A stretch of 64,000 nucleotides of DNA from contig JAUYNJ010000005.1 of the NCBI GenBank assembly GCA_030696105.1, positions 77,678-141,677 on the forward strand. The letters are read 5' to 3'. The position numbers were made by a program, and so were the translations under genes. Of the stretch, positions 1 through 8,775 are shown piece by piece. The DNA is from a bacterium. Lineage in GTDB: Bacteria; Patescibacteriota; Patescibacteriia; Patescibacteriales; UBA12465. Within the stretch, counting starts at the first letter, position 1; each line of letters begins with the position of its first letter. The notes below the pieces were generated by a model, which saw only the letters and a list, made by a program, of their open reading frames with translations, was not told the DNA's origin and did no database searches.

Positions 1-2
1 AT

Positions 3-641
3 TTTCATTCTGATATCGTTCAGGCAATCCCGTATTTACGACTTGACTTGAAGAAGATGGGAATTGATGCCTGCAGTTTATCGGCACATAAATTCTACGG
101 ACCGAAGGGCATTGGCGCTTCTTATGTGCGTCCTGGTATTAAAATCAATAACTTAATCAGCGGTGGCGAACAAGAGAATGGTCGGCGTGCCGGCACCTAT
201 AACTTAGCGGGTATTGTCGGTATGGGGACGGCTTTAGAGCTCGCCTACAAGGAGCGCAGCGTTTATTTGAAAGATGTTAAGCTGCTGCGTGACTATCTAT
301 GGAAAAGTTTAAAGAAAGAAATACCTGAAATCAAACTAAATGGCGGCTTAAAGTATCGTTCCGCTAATAATCTGAACATCCGTTTCGGCAGAATTGAAGG
401 GGAAGCGATATTAATGGATTTATCATTACGTGGCATCTATGTGTCCACTGGGTCTGCCTGCAGCGCGCATAATCTTAAAAGCTCAAGTGTTTTAAGCGCA
501 ATTGGGCTTGCTGATTACGATTTAAATTGTAATATCCGCTTCACGCTTGGTCGGTTTAATAATAAAAAAGAAATCGATTACACTGTTAAAAATTTAAAGA
601 AAACCGTTGCTCGTTTACGAGCCTTCTCACCAGTTAAATAA
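3..641 (+). CDS. iscS: cysteine desulfurase (IscS/NifS family), 5' end cut by window edge
   Basis: Frame is open from nt 3 (FHSDIVQAIP...). Has the 'SLSAHKFYGPKG' PLP-lysine motif and the 'STGSACS' catalytic Cys loop. Confidence 0.9.
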   Translation, partial: FHSDIVQAIPYLRLDLKKMGIDACSLSAHKFYGPKGIGASYVRPGIKINNLISGGEQENGRRAGTYNLAGIVGMGTALELAYKERSVYLKDVKLLRDYLWKSLKKEIPEIKLNGGLKYRSANNLNIRFGRIEGEAILMDLSLRGIYVSTGSACSAHNLKSSSVLSAIGLADYDLNCNIRFTLGRFNNKKEIDYTVKNLKKTVARLRAFSPVK

Positions 642-645
642 AAAT

Positions 646-1035
646 ATGGCCCTAAATTATACAAAGAAAACTGTTAATCATTTTTTGAAACCGAAGAATG
701 TGGGTGAGGTAAAAAATGCTGATGCGCAGATTGAAGTTGGCAATATGGTTTGCGGAGATCAGTTATCATTTTCGATGAAGCTGAAGGACGGCAAGATTAA
801 GGATATTAAATTCCTGTCTTTTGGCTGCGCTTCTAATATTGCGACTGCCTCGCTAATGACGGAAAAGGTGAAGGGAATGACCATTGCACAGGCAAAAAAG
901 TTTAGCTGGAAAGATATTGTTGACGACTTAGGCGGATTGCCGAAGCAAAAGATACATTGCTCAATGATGGCGGTTGAGGGCTTGCAGAGGTTGATTAATT
1001 CCTACGAAGATAGGTTAAAGATAAAGCAAGCTTAA
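646..1035 (+). CDS. iscU: Fe-S cluster assembly scaffold (IscU/NifU N-terminal type)
   Basis: ATG at 646 (MALNYTKK...). Three conserved Cys contexts: 'NMVCGD', 'SFGCASNIATAS', 'IHCS'. The ORF-track start at 607 overlaps iscS and is probably an artefactual extension. Confidence 0.85.
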   Translation: MALNYTKKTVNHFLKPKNVGEVKNADAQIEVGNMVCGDQLSFSMKLKDGKIKDIKFLSFGCASNIATASLMTEKVKGMTIAQAKKFSWKDIVDDLGGLPKQKIHCSMMAVEGLQRLINSYEDRLKIKQA

Positions 1036-1063
1036 GCCGTATAAAGCCTTAAACTCAATAAAA

Positions 1064-1089
1064 ACACCCTCCAGGCGGAGGGTGTTTTT
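1064..1089. terminator. bidirectional intrinsic terminator between iscU (+) and the RRM gene (-)
   Basis: Stem acaccctcc / ggagggtgt with loop aggc, an A-run before and a T-run after. Confidence 0.8.
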
Positions 1090-1120
1090 GCTAGCTATTT
1101 TCAAACTTAATTGATTTCGC

Positions 1121-1378
1121 TTAGAAGCGCTTTTCTAATGGGCGAGCTTCATTGACTGCAACGCGGCGGCCGTCTAATTCCTGGCCATTCCACATAGCGA
1201 TAGCAGCTTGAGCTTCTTCTTCGGTTTCCATTTCAACGAAACCAAAACCCTTTGAGCGCTGGGTCATGCGGTCCTTGATGATGACAGAGGAGGTAACGTT
1301 GCCAGCTTTGGCAAAGGCATCTGCTAAGACATCTTCAGTTGTCTGAAAAGACAAACCGCCGACGAATAACTTTTTCAT
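1121..1378 (-). CDS. RRM-type RNA-binding protein (85 aa)
   Basis: RNP-2 'LFVGGL' and RNP-1 'KGFGFVEM' motifs, typical single-RRM size. Confidence 0.85.
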   Translation of the reverse strand: MKKLFVGGLSFQTTEDVLADAFAKAGNVTSSVIIKDRMTQRSKGFGFVEMETEEEAQAAIAMWNGQELDGRRVAVNEARPLEKRF

Positions 1379-1473
1379 GTTTTTTCTTGTTCTGCGGGTT
1401 CACCGTAGTGAAATCTGCAGAGATCTTCTATTTTAACAAAGTAAGGCGACCTTTTGTTGCCTTAAAACAACAA

Positions 1474-1516
1474 GCGGCCAGTTCGTATCGTTTCCTTTTG
1501 AACTGATACGGACTAG
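1474..1516 (-). promoter_or_regulatory. long hairpin inside the 5' leader of the RRM gene (possible attenuator; also blocks rplA read-through)
   Basis: ggccagttcgtatc ... gatacggactagcc forms a 14-bp stem with 1 mismatch and 1 G-U. The minus-strand reading is followed by gcttgttgtttt. Confidence 0.5.
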
Positions 1517-1548
1517 CCGCTCGCGTTTCGAACAAAACTTACTAGAAA

Positions 1549-1577
1549 ATTATATGGCGTATTTCTCAATTAGTCAA
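1549..1577 (-). promoter_or_regulatory. sigma70-type promoter for the RRM gene
   Basis: Minus strand reads TTGACT-N17-TATAAT. This gives a leader of about 160 nt before the ATG at 1378. Confidence 0.6.
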
Positions 1578-1581
1578 TAGA

Positions 1582-2292
1582 TTAACTGATAATAACCTTT
1601 ACGCTTGGGCTCATTGAGGAGCAGATAGCAATAGCTTTAATATAGGAACCCTTCGCGGTGGCGGGCTTAACTTTTCGAACAGTATCGAGGAAAGTCTGGA
1701 AGTTTTCGGCTAATTTCTTATCTTCAAAGCTCAATTTACCAACAACGGCGTGTAAATTCCCAGTATCGTCGTTTTTGAAGCTAATTTTACCTTTCTTTAG
1801 CTCTTCAACGGCCTTAGCTGGGTTTGGGGAAACGGTGTCATTCTTAGGGGAAGGCATTAAGCCGCGAGTACCTAAGATTTTAGCAATTGAAGCGAGGTTC
1901 TTCATCATTAAAGGTTCAGCAATCGCAACTTCAAAGTCAGTTTTTTCAGTCTTTTTAATGGTTTCAATTAATTCTTCACCACCAACGAATTCAGCGCCAG
2001 CAGCTTTACAGGCAGCTTCATTAGCAGGGGAGACGAAAGCGGCGACACGAACCGTTTTACCAGTACCATGGGGCAAGCTGATTGCACCACGAACGAGCTG
2101 GTCACTTTTCTTCGGATTGATGCCGAGGCGGATGTGAGCTTCTAAAGAAGCGTCAAATTTAGCCTTATTAATTTTCTTAACGATAGCAATCGCTTCATTA
2201 AGACTGTAGGTTTTAGTGCGATCGTAAATAGCGGAAAGGTCAACTACTTTCTTTTTTGGAGCAGCAACTTTTGTTTCTTCTTTCTTAGACAT
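1582..2292 (-). CDS. rplA: 50S ribosomal protein L1
   Basis: 236-aa protein containing 'RLGINPKKSDQLVRGAISLPHGTGK', characteristic of L1, downstream of rplK. Confidence 0.97.
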   Translation of the reverse strand: MSKKEETKVAAPKKKVVDLSAIYDRTKTYSLNEAIAIVKKINKAKFDASLEAHIRLGINPKKSDQLVRGAISLPHGTGKTVRVAAFVSPANEAACKAAGAEFVGGEELIETIKKTEKTDFEVAIAEPLMMKNLASIAKILGTRGLMPSPKNDTVSPNPAKAVEELKKGKISFKNDDTGNLHAVVGKLSFEDKKLAENFQTFLDTVRKVKPATAKGSYIKAIAICSSMSPSVKVIIS

Positions 2293-2361
2293 ATTGTTTT
2301 CGTGGTGAGATAGCGTCCATGGCGACTAATGTCGAAGGGACTCCCACAATTACGTTATTAA

Positions 2362-2787
2362 TTAATCTTTAATTTCGACACCCATCTGACGAGCGGTGCC
2401 AGCAATGATATTCATAGCAGCATCGATGTCGCGAGCATTGAGATCAGGCATCTTTGTTTTAGCGATTTCACCCAACTGCGCCTTAGTAATTTTACCAACC
2501 TTCTCAAGACGAGGCTTGCCAGAACCTTTCTTGATGCCAGCGGCCTTTTTAATTAATTCTGAAGCAGGAGGAGTTTTAGTGATGAAATCAAAAGTGCGAT
2601 CTTCGTAGACAGTAATTTCGACTGGAACGACTTCGCCCATGCGGTCGCGAGTTTTTTCATTGAATTTCTGACAGAAATCAGCGATGTTTAAACCGTGTTG
2701 ACCGAGAGCGGGGCCGACGGGAGGAGCTGGATTAGCTTGTCCGCCGGTTATTTGAAGTTTTAACTTTGTTTTAATTTTCTTAGCCAT
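2362..2787 (-). CDS. rplK: 50S ribosomal protein L11
   Basis: '[24 protein letters not shown]' L11 signature, 141 aa. Confidence 0.97.
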   Translation of the reverse strand: MAKKIKTKLKLQITGGQANPAPPVGPALGQHGLNIADFCQKFNEKTRDRMGEVVPVEITVYEDRTFDFITKTPPASELIKKAAGIKKGSGKPRLEKVGKITKAQLGEIAKTKMPDLNARDIDAAMNIIAGTARQMGVEIKD

Positions 2788-2849
2788 ATTGTTGATTAAT
2801 TACGCAGGTTGACGGCAGAAGCGACCGGCAATTCCTTATATAGGATAAT

Positions 2850-3395
2850 TTAAGCTTTCTTGATTTGGAGGAAGTCGAGTTCAACCGGGGTTTCGCGACC
2901 AAACATGGAGACGGAAACCTTAACTTTGCCCTTAGCTTCGTCGATAGCGGTAACTTTACCTTCCATATTTTTAAATGGGCCTTCGTTGATTTTAACGGGG
3001 GAACCAACAACGACATCGATTGTGAACTTCGGATCTTCGACGCCCATGCGTTTCTGTAAGGATTTTACTTCAGTGTCGCTGATTGGGGTGGGAATGGTGC
3101 CGGTGCCGATAAAGCCGGTGACATTTGGGGTGTTACGAACAACGTACCAGGAATCATCGGTTACTTCCATTTCTACGAGAATATATCCAGGGAAGATTTT
3201 TTCTTCCACCACTTTACGCTTACCATTCTTAATTTTGATTTTCTTCTCGGTCGGAATCAGGATGTTGAAAATCTTGTCCTCCATGTCGAGGGATTCAACT
3301 CTTTGCTTCAGGTTCTGCGCAACGTTCTCTTCATAACCTGAGTAGGTGTGAAGAACGTACCAGCGGCGACCTTGATTTAATAATTGTTTGGCCAT
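2850..3395 (-). CDS. nusG: transcription termination/antitermination factor NusG
   Basis: 'RWYVLHTYSGYEENV' NGN start and a C-terminal KOW ('GSPVKINEGPFKNMEGKV'). Synteny is secE-nusG-rplK. Confidence 0.95.
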   Translation of the reverse strand: MAKQLLNQGRRWYVLHTYSGYEENVAQNLKQRVESLDMEDKIFNILIPTEKKIKIKNGKRKVVEEKIFPGYILVEMEVTDDSWYVVRNTPNVTGFIGTGTIPTPISDTEVKSLQKRMGVEDPKFTIDVVVGSPVKINEGPFKNMEGKVTAIDEAKGKVKVSVSMFGRETPVELDFLQIKKA

Positions 3396-3413
3396 AATTT
3401 TAAGCTAAGAGAT

Positions 3414-3599
3414 TTATTGCATTATGATATCCCTGATTCCCATGTTGAACAGGAAGTCAAGAACTCCTAAAAAGGTCGCTACTGCTAAAGAGATACCGAT
3501 AACTAACAAGGTGTAGTTATAGGTTTCTTTTTTTGAGGGCCAAGTTACTTTTTTCATTTCCTCCATTGATTCTTGGAGGTAGCGGCTAATTTTGCTCAT
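3414..3599 (-). CDS. secE: preprotein translocase subunit SecE
   Basis: 61 aa with 'EMKKVTWPSKKET' followed by a single TM helix, located upstream of nusG. Confidence 0.8.
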   Translation of the reverse strand: MSKISRYLQESMEEMKKVTWPSKKETYNYTLLVIGISLAVATFLGVLDFLFNMGIRDIIMQ

Positions 3600-3660
3600 A
3601 TTAGGTTAATTTGTTGATATTAAAAAGAGCCCTGTAGGCCACTTTTTTTACTATGCTTAT

Positions 3661-3689
3661 ATATTACCGAAATCACATGCCCCTGTCAA
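3661..3689 (-). promoter_or_regulatory. promoter of the secE-nusG-rplK-rplA operon
   Basis: Minus strand reads TTGACA-N17-TAATAT. Confidence 0.6.
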
Positions 3690-3707
3690 GATTGAAAGCG
3701 CAATCCG

Positions 3708-3736
3708 TTGCTTTTTAGTGACAAACAAGATAAAAT
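3708..3736 (+). promoter_or_regulatory. candidate divergent promoter for the 3758 gene
   Basis: TTGCTT-N17-TAAAAT, 21 nt upstream of the ATG. Confidence 0.4.
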
Positions 3737-3757
3737 GAAAATGTACAAAAAATATAT

Positions 3758-5482
3758 ATGGTTAGCCCGAATTTAGCCACTAAGAAAATAGATACCGGTG
3801 GGGAAGAGCTTAATGATAGCGCCAAGAAGCTCTTTCAGGCCGTCTATAATGACAGTCACCGGAGCGATGAAGGGGATGATGAGACCCCTCGCTTGCATGT
3901 TTCCACTTTGGTTTCAAAGATGGCTTTTTTTTACGAAAAGATTAGAAACGCGGTTGATTACGAAGAGGATCACCTTTTACGTAAAAATGCGATTGCTAGA
4001 ATCTTAAAGAGACAAATTGTCATTGAGGGTTTACTCAAAACGCAGGACACTAATACGCTCGCTCAGCACCTGCTTGAAGAGCTTATACGCGCTCGCTACC
4101 TTCCTAATAATACTTTGCCAGAAAATAAGACCAAGGAGGTTGAGATAATTTTAGAAAAATATTTACAGCTTAAAAATGAGTGTCTTTTACATTTTGAAAG
4201 CGGGCTTGGCTTAAGCTTTGATAAGGGGAAGGCAAAAAATGAGATGCGGGAACGGGCCCGCCTGGTTGGTTGGATTCTTTCGATGGCTGCTTGTGAAATT
4301 GAAGAGAACTTAGTTTTAAATCAGATTAAGCCAGCGATGGTGAACGTCATGTTTAGTACACTTGATCGCATTATTAAGTTGCCACCAGAACTACCATACG
4401 GGGAAGACCTCGATATTCAAATATACTTAAGTATTAGTCGCACCTACTCGCGTTTTGATGAAGACATGCTCTCTTTTGTCTTGTTTAAATATTATAATCA
4501 GGGCTGGGTTGATAATCATATTGATGCGTCCATCGGCCCTAATGAAGAAAAGATTAAAAGCGTTGCTAAGAGTATTAACCTACTTCGGCAGTCAATTAAT
4601 TTTCAAATTAAACATCCTTTACGCAAGCAACTCGATCGCCTGGTTCGTCGCTATGCGCTTTATTTCACTGTTTTACAGGACACCATCAGCACTGACCCCG
4701 CTCGTATTTATAATGACTTCCGTCAAAACCCCAAGTCGTTTATAAATGCAATTCGAAAAGTTTGTAATCGTAAGTATAAGAAAGCAAAATCACGTTTATG
4801 GCGGGCAGCCATGCGCAGTATTATTTACATTTTTTTGACTAAGTCGGTGTTTGTTTTCTTGATCGAAGTACCGGCGATAAATTGGTTTAACGAACCGCTT
4901 AACCCTGTTTCTCTGGGAATCAACGTCGCCTTTCCAGTCGTTCTTTTGTTCATAATCGTCATGTTTACGCGCGTTCCTGGTGAAAGTAATACTGATAGAA
5001 TCGTTGAGGGCGTTAAAGAAATCTCTTATGTCGGCTCGGAGCGGCAACAGCCAATTGTTCTACGCAATCCACGTAGACGTAGTCGCGCAATGAATTTCGT
5101 TTTTAATTTAGTTTATACAGCAACCTTTTTTGTTTCGATTTATTTCATTGTCTGGTTTCTCACTCTTATTCAATTTAACTGGGTTAGCATTGTCATCTTC
5201 TTATTTTTCTTAGCCTTCGTCAGTTTTTTTAGCATCATCGTTACTCGCGGGGTGAAGGAGTTATTAGTGGTTGAAAAGAAGGAAAACTTACCTAGTTTCT
5301 TATTAGATTTATTCTACATGCCGATTATCATGGCCGGGAAATGGTTATCTCAGAACGCCTCAAAAGTTAATATCTTTATTTTTATATTTGATGTCATTAT
5401 TGAAGCTCCGTTCAAGATTATTGTTGATGTTGCTGAGGAGTGGACTAAGTATATTAAAGAAAGAAAAGATAACATGGTGTAA
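3758..5482 (+). CDS. hypothetical integral membrane protein (574 aa; soluble N-terminal half, about 4-5 C-terminal TM helices)
   Basis: Long ORF with clear hydrophobic segments (IIYIFLTKSVFVFLIEV, VAFPVVLLFIIVMF, FFVSIYFIVWFLTLI, IVIFLFFLAFVSFFSIIV). No family recognised. Confidence 0.6.
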   Translation: MVSPNLATKKIDTGGEELNDSAKKLFQAVYNDSHRSDEGDDETPRLHVSTLVSKMAFFYEKIRNAVDYEEDHLLRKNAIARILKRQIVIEGLLKTQDTNTLAQHLLEELIRARYLPNNTLPENKTKEVEIILEKYLQLKNECLLHFESGLGLSFDKGKAKNEMRERARLVGWILSMAACEIEENLVLNQIKPAMVNVMFSTLDRIIKLPPELPYGEDLDIQIYLSISRTYSRFDEDMLSFVLFKYYNQGWVDNHIDASIGPNEEKIKSVAKSINLLRQSINFQIKHPLRKQLDRLVRRYALYFTVLQDTISTDPARIYNDFRQNPKSFINAIRKVCNRKYKKAKSRLWRAAMRSIIYIFLTKSVFVFLIEVPAINWFNEPLNPVSLGINVAFPVVLLFIIVMFTRVPGESNTDRIVEGVKEISYVGSERQQPIVLRNPRRRSRAMNFVFNLVYTATFFVSIYFIVWFLTLIQFNWVSIVIFLFFLAFVSFFSIIVTRGVKELLVVEKKENLPSFLLDLFYMPIIMAGKWLSQNASKVNIFIFIFDVIIEAPFKIIVDVAEEWTKYIKERKDNMV

Positions 5483-5485
5483 TTT

Positions 5486-6187
5486 ATGGCCTTAGGTAAG
5501 CTTTACGTGGCGGCAACGCCCATCGGCAATCTTGAAGATATTAGTCTCAGGGCCTTGCGCATTATGCGCGAGGCCGATTATATTTTATGCGAGGATACGC
5601 GTTTAACGCGCGTTTTATTGCAGAAACACGGTATTGATACACCGACTATTTCATACCATCAGCACTCAGGTGGCGGTAAGGTTTCTCAGCTGTTGCGCTA
5701 TTTGGGGGAGGGTAAGAACCTGGTGCTCGTCTCTGATGCTGGTACTCCTGGCATTTCTGATCCTGGCTCGATGCTCGTGGCTGCTGCGCGTGAAGAGTTT
5801 ACCGATTTAGAAGTCGTTCCACTACCGGGCGCTAGCGCCGTTGTTGCTGCTCTGTCCGTATCTGGTTGGCCCGTTGATCGTTTTACCTTCTTTGGTTTTC
5901 TACCACACAAGAAGGGAAGACAGACGATGATAAAGGAGATCATCAGTTCATATTATCCGGCAGTATTTTATGAATCTAAGCATCGCATCAGGAAGTGCAT
6001 GGATGAAATGAGCAAATTAAGTCAGGAGGCTGAAATTAAAGTGGAGGTGATGCTCGCGCGGGAATTAACTAAGATGTTTGAAACAATTTATTTCGGCGAT
6101 CCGTCTGAGCTAGCAGAAAAACTCGAAAACGATAGCGACATGCAAAAAGGTGAGTTTGTTGTCCTGTGTCGAAAAGTAAAAAAATAA
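5486..6187 (+). CDS. rsmI: 16S rRNA (cytidine1402-2'-O)-methyltransferase RsmI
   Basis: 'LYVAATPIGNLEDISLRALRIMREADYILCEDTR' and 'VSDAGTPGISDPG' motifs. Confidence 0.9.
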   Translation: MALGKLYVAATPIGNLEDISLRALRIMREADYILCEDTRLTRVLLQKHGIDTPTISYHQHSGGGKVSQLLRYLGEGKNLVLVSDAGTPGISDPGSMLVAAAREEFTDLEVVPLPGASAVVAALSVSGWPVDRFTFFGFLPHKKGRQTMIKEIISSYYPAVFYESKHRIRKCMDEMSKLSQEAEIKVEVMLARELTKMFETIYFGDPSELAEKLENDSDMQKGEFVVLCRKVKK

Positions 6188-6191
6188 TTTT

Positions 6192-7643
6192 ATGTCAAAA
6201 GAAAATAATTTCTATATAACAACAACGCTGCCTTATACGAATTCCGATCCGCATATTGGTTTTGCGGCGGAGCTTATTAAGGCGGACGTAATTGCGCGTT
6301 GGCAACGCTTACAAGGCAAGGAAGTCGTTTTTAATACCGGCACTGATGAACACGGTTTAAAAATTTATCAGCAAGCCGAGGCGGCCGGTCTAAATACTCG
6401 CGATTTCTGCACTCCTTACGCCAAACGCTTTGCTTCCTTGAAAGATGTATTAAACTTGAGCTTCACTAATTTCATACGCACCACTGATGAAAGTCACGAG
6501 GCTGCTGCTCAAGATTTTTGGAAACTTTGTGATGCGCGAGACGATATTTATAAAAAAAGTTATCAAGTTAAATACTGCGTTGGTTGCGAGCTGGAAAAGA
6601 CTGAGTCAGAGCTAGTTGACGGTCGCTGCCCACTTCATGCGACGAGAGAAATTGAAATCATTGATGAAGAAAATTATTTCTTCCGTTTCTCGAAGTATCA
6701 GCAAGCATTGCTTGATTTTTTTGCGGCCCATCCAGACTTTGTTATTCCTTCCCATCGTTTTACTGAGATTAAGAATTTTGTTGAAAGCGGGCTGCAAGAT
6801 TTTAGCATTTCGCGCCTCAAGGCAAAGATGCCTAATGGTGTGCCAGTGCCAGGAGACGATACACAGGTGATGTATGTTTGGTTTGATGCACTTGTTAATT
6901 ATATTTCAACCCTGGGTTGGCCTCATGACCAGAAAAATTTTGAAGATTTTTGGCCAGCGGTTCAGGTTTGCGGCAAAGATAATCTGCGCCAGCAAACGGC
7001 GATGTGGCAGGCCATGCTTTTATCAGCTGATTTGCCTTTATCAAAGCAGGTATTAATTTTCGGATTCCTGACCGCCAATGGGCAAAAGATTAGTAAGAGT
7101 AGTGGTGTGACGGTTGATCCTTTTGCATATTCAGAGAAATATGGCGCCGAAGCATTGCGCTATTATCTGCTCACCGAAATTCAGCCATTTGAAGACAGCG
7201 ATTTTTCCGAAGACCGTTTGCGTCTGAAATTTAATGCCGACCTTGCTAATGGCCTCGGTAATTTAGTGGCGCGTGTCAGCAATTTACTTGAGAAGATTAA
7301 TATTAAGACTGAACTCGTGGCTGACTTACCGGCGGCTCTCAAGCGACTTGAAAATGAAAGTGGTTTAAAAGATTACCATTTTAATCGCGCTTTACAGTTT
7401 ATCTGGCATGAGGTTGGTGCTTGTAATGAAGAACTAACAGCTAAAGCGCCTTGGAAAATGACCGAACAAACAGAAATAGAAGCAGTATTAAAACCGCTTG
7501 CTGCTCGTATTCTAGAAATAGCTCTCATGTTGCAACCATTCTTGCCGGTTACTGCTGAACGCATTATTACTCAATTTCAAGCGCCACAAATATTAAAAGG
7601 AGAATCTTTATTTCCGCGTCTAGTCGCGGAGACAGAGGCTTAA
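6192..7643 (+). CDS. metG: methionine--tRNA ligase (short form, 483 aa)
   Basis: 'PYTNSDPHIGFA' (HIGH-like), a Cys knuckle 'CVGCE...CPLH', and 'KISKSSG' (KMSKS). Confidence 0.93.
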   Translation: MSKENNFYITTTLPYTNSDPHIGFAAELIKADVIARWQRLQGKEVVFNTGTDEHGLKIYQQAEAAGLNTRDFCTPYAKRFASLKDVLNLSFTNFIRTTDESHEAAAQDFWKLCDARDDIYKKSYQVKYCVGCELEKTESELVDGRCPLHATREIEIIDEENYFFRFSKYQQALLDFFAAHPDFVIPSHRFTEIKNFVESGLQDFSISRLKAKMPNGVPVPGDDTQVMYVWFDALVNYISTLGWPHDQKNFEDFWPAVQVCGKDNLRQQTAMWQAMLLSADLPLSKQVLIFGFLTANGQKISKSSGVTVDPFAYSEKYGAEALRYYLLTEIQPFEDSDFSEDRLRLKFNADLANGLGNLVARVSNLLEKINIKTELVADLPAALKRLENESGLKDYHFNRALQFIWHEVGACNEELTAKAPWKMTEQTEIEAVLKPLAARILEIALMLQPFLPVTAERIITQFQAPQILKGESLFPRLVAETEA

Positions 7644-7651
7644 TAAAAATT

Positions 7652-8167
7652 ATGTTATATTTCGACATCGCTTTGCTCGTAATTCTCGCCGGTTTCGTCT
7701 TTAATGGTTTTGCAAAGGGCCTCATACGCCTACTTGGCAACATCGTTGGTTTAATTGTTGGCGCCTTTATTGCTAGTCGTTTCTATTTGCAATTCTATGA
7801 GTGGAGCGGAAGCCTTTTTGGGGCGAGAGAAAATCTAGGTAAGGTGCTTTCATTTATTGTTGTCTTTATATTAGTTACTCTCGTAATAGACTGGGCATTT
7901 ATTATCATTGAAAAGCTTTTTAATATCATCTCAATCATCCCTTTCACTAAGATGATTAACCGTCTCTTTGGTGGCGCCCTTGGTTTTCTTGAGGGCTCAT
8001 TAGCTATTGGCTTAATTCTATTCGTCGCCGTGCGTTATGCTTGGGTTGGCACCTTGTTTGGTGATCATCTTGTAAATTCACAGCTAGCGCCGTTTTTCTT
8101 GAAAATTGTTAATTTGATTATGCCCGTTCTACCTTCTGCTCTTAAAGCGTTGCAGTCGATTATTTAA
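7652..8167 (+). CDS. cvpA: CvpA-family membrane protein
   Basis: Four TM helices. N-terminus 'DIALLVILAGFVFNGFAKGLIRLL' is typical of the colicin V production protein family. Confidence 0.75.
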   Translation: MLYFDIALLVILAGFVFNGFAKGLIRLLGNIVGLIVGAFIASRFYLQFYEWSGSLFGARENLGKVLSFIVVFILVTLVIDWAFIIIEKLFNIISIIPFTKMINRLFGGALGFLEGSLAIGLILFVAVRYAWVGTLFGDHLVNSQLAPFFLKIVNLIMPVLPSALKALQSII

Positions 8168-8173
8168 CATACT

Positions 8174-8764
8174 ATGGAAACTGAGCATTTGGCGAAAAAT
8201 AATACCCGCTGGTGTCGTCGACTAGGGCGGCGTTTGCGTGCCGGAGAAGTGGTCATAATGCCCACAGATACTGTTTACGGTTTACTGGCTCGAGCGGACT
8301 CGCTGACAGCTATTAGGCGTGTATATATGATCAAACACCGAGACAAAAGCTATCCGCTCCTCGTTCTGGTTTCAAGTCTGTCGATGGTTCGCCGCTATTG
8401 CTATCTCAATTCGAAACAGGCGAAAACGCTGCAAAATATTTGGTCACAAGCGCGTCCCACTACTGTTATATTGCAACATCGCGGTCTGTTACCTCGTCGC
8501 TTAACGGGTGATAGCGAAGGGTTGGCGGTGCGGTTGCCGAAAAGTGATTTTTTGCGTAAAATAGTAAGGTCAGTCGGCGTTCCATTGACAGCGACTAGCG
8601 CCAATTTGAGTGGCCAGCCCGTTCTTGATGCCGCTCTTGCCGCCCAGGTATTTGCTGCCGGGTCTCAGCCGGATCTAATCGTGAGCGGAGGAACTAATGT
8701 TAAGCGCCCGTCTCGACTTCTTCGCCTTGATTCTTCAGGGGAAGTGACGATTTTACGAAAATAA
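8174..8764 (+). CDS. tsaC: L-threonylcarbamoyladenylate synthase (TsaC/YrdC/Sua5 family)
   Basis: 'IMPTDTVYGLLA' and 'PLTATSANLSGQP' motifs. Confidence 0.85.
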   Translation: METEHLAKNNTRWCRRLGRRLRAGEVVIMPTDTVYGLLARADSLTAIRRVYMIKHRDKSYPLLVLVSSLSMVRRYCYLNSKQAKTLQNIWSQARPTTVILQHRGLLPRRLTGDSEGLAVRLPKSDFLRKIVRSVGVPLTATSANLSGQPVLDAALAAQVFAAGSQPDLIVSGGTNVKRPSRLLRLDSSGEVTILRK

Positions 8765-8775
8765 ACAAAAAATAT

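Noticed and set aside
1658-2137. Long antisense ORFs in the six-frame track, for example 1658-2137, 2860-3336, 9069-9467, 12760-13194, 45697-46194, 50169-50573, 58225-58689 and 62323-62685.
   Set aside because: Each lies entirely opposite a confidently identified conserved gene (rplA, nusG, ctp, the TraD-like ATPase, rplL, uvrA, the SDR, the antiporter). Their composition is low-complexity and shadow-like. I treat them as shadow ORFs.
2293-2361. The rplK-rplA spacer (minus strand …gggagtcccttcgacattagtcgccatggacgc…) as a possible L1-binding autoregulatory mimic of 23S rRNA.
   Set aside because: I could not fold a convincing helix-internal loop by eye and cannot run a covariance model. I leave it as unsupported.
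3600-3757. An AT-rich gap with divergent promoters and a gene-strand switch, considered as a possible replication origin.
   Set aside because: No dnaA or dnaN is nearby and no DnaA-box-like repeats were seen. An origin only 20 kb from a putative terminus is implausible. Divergent promoters explain the region adequately.
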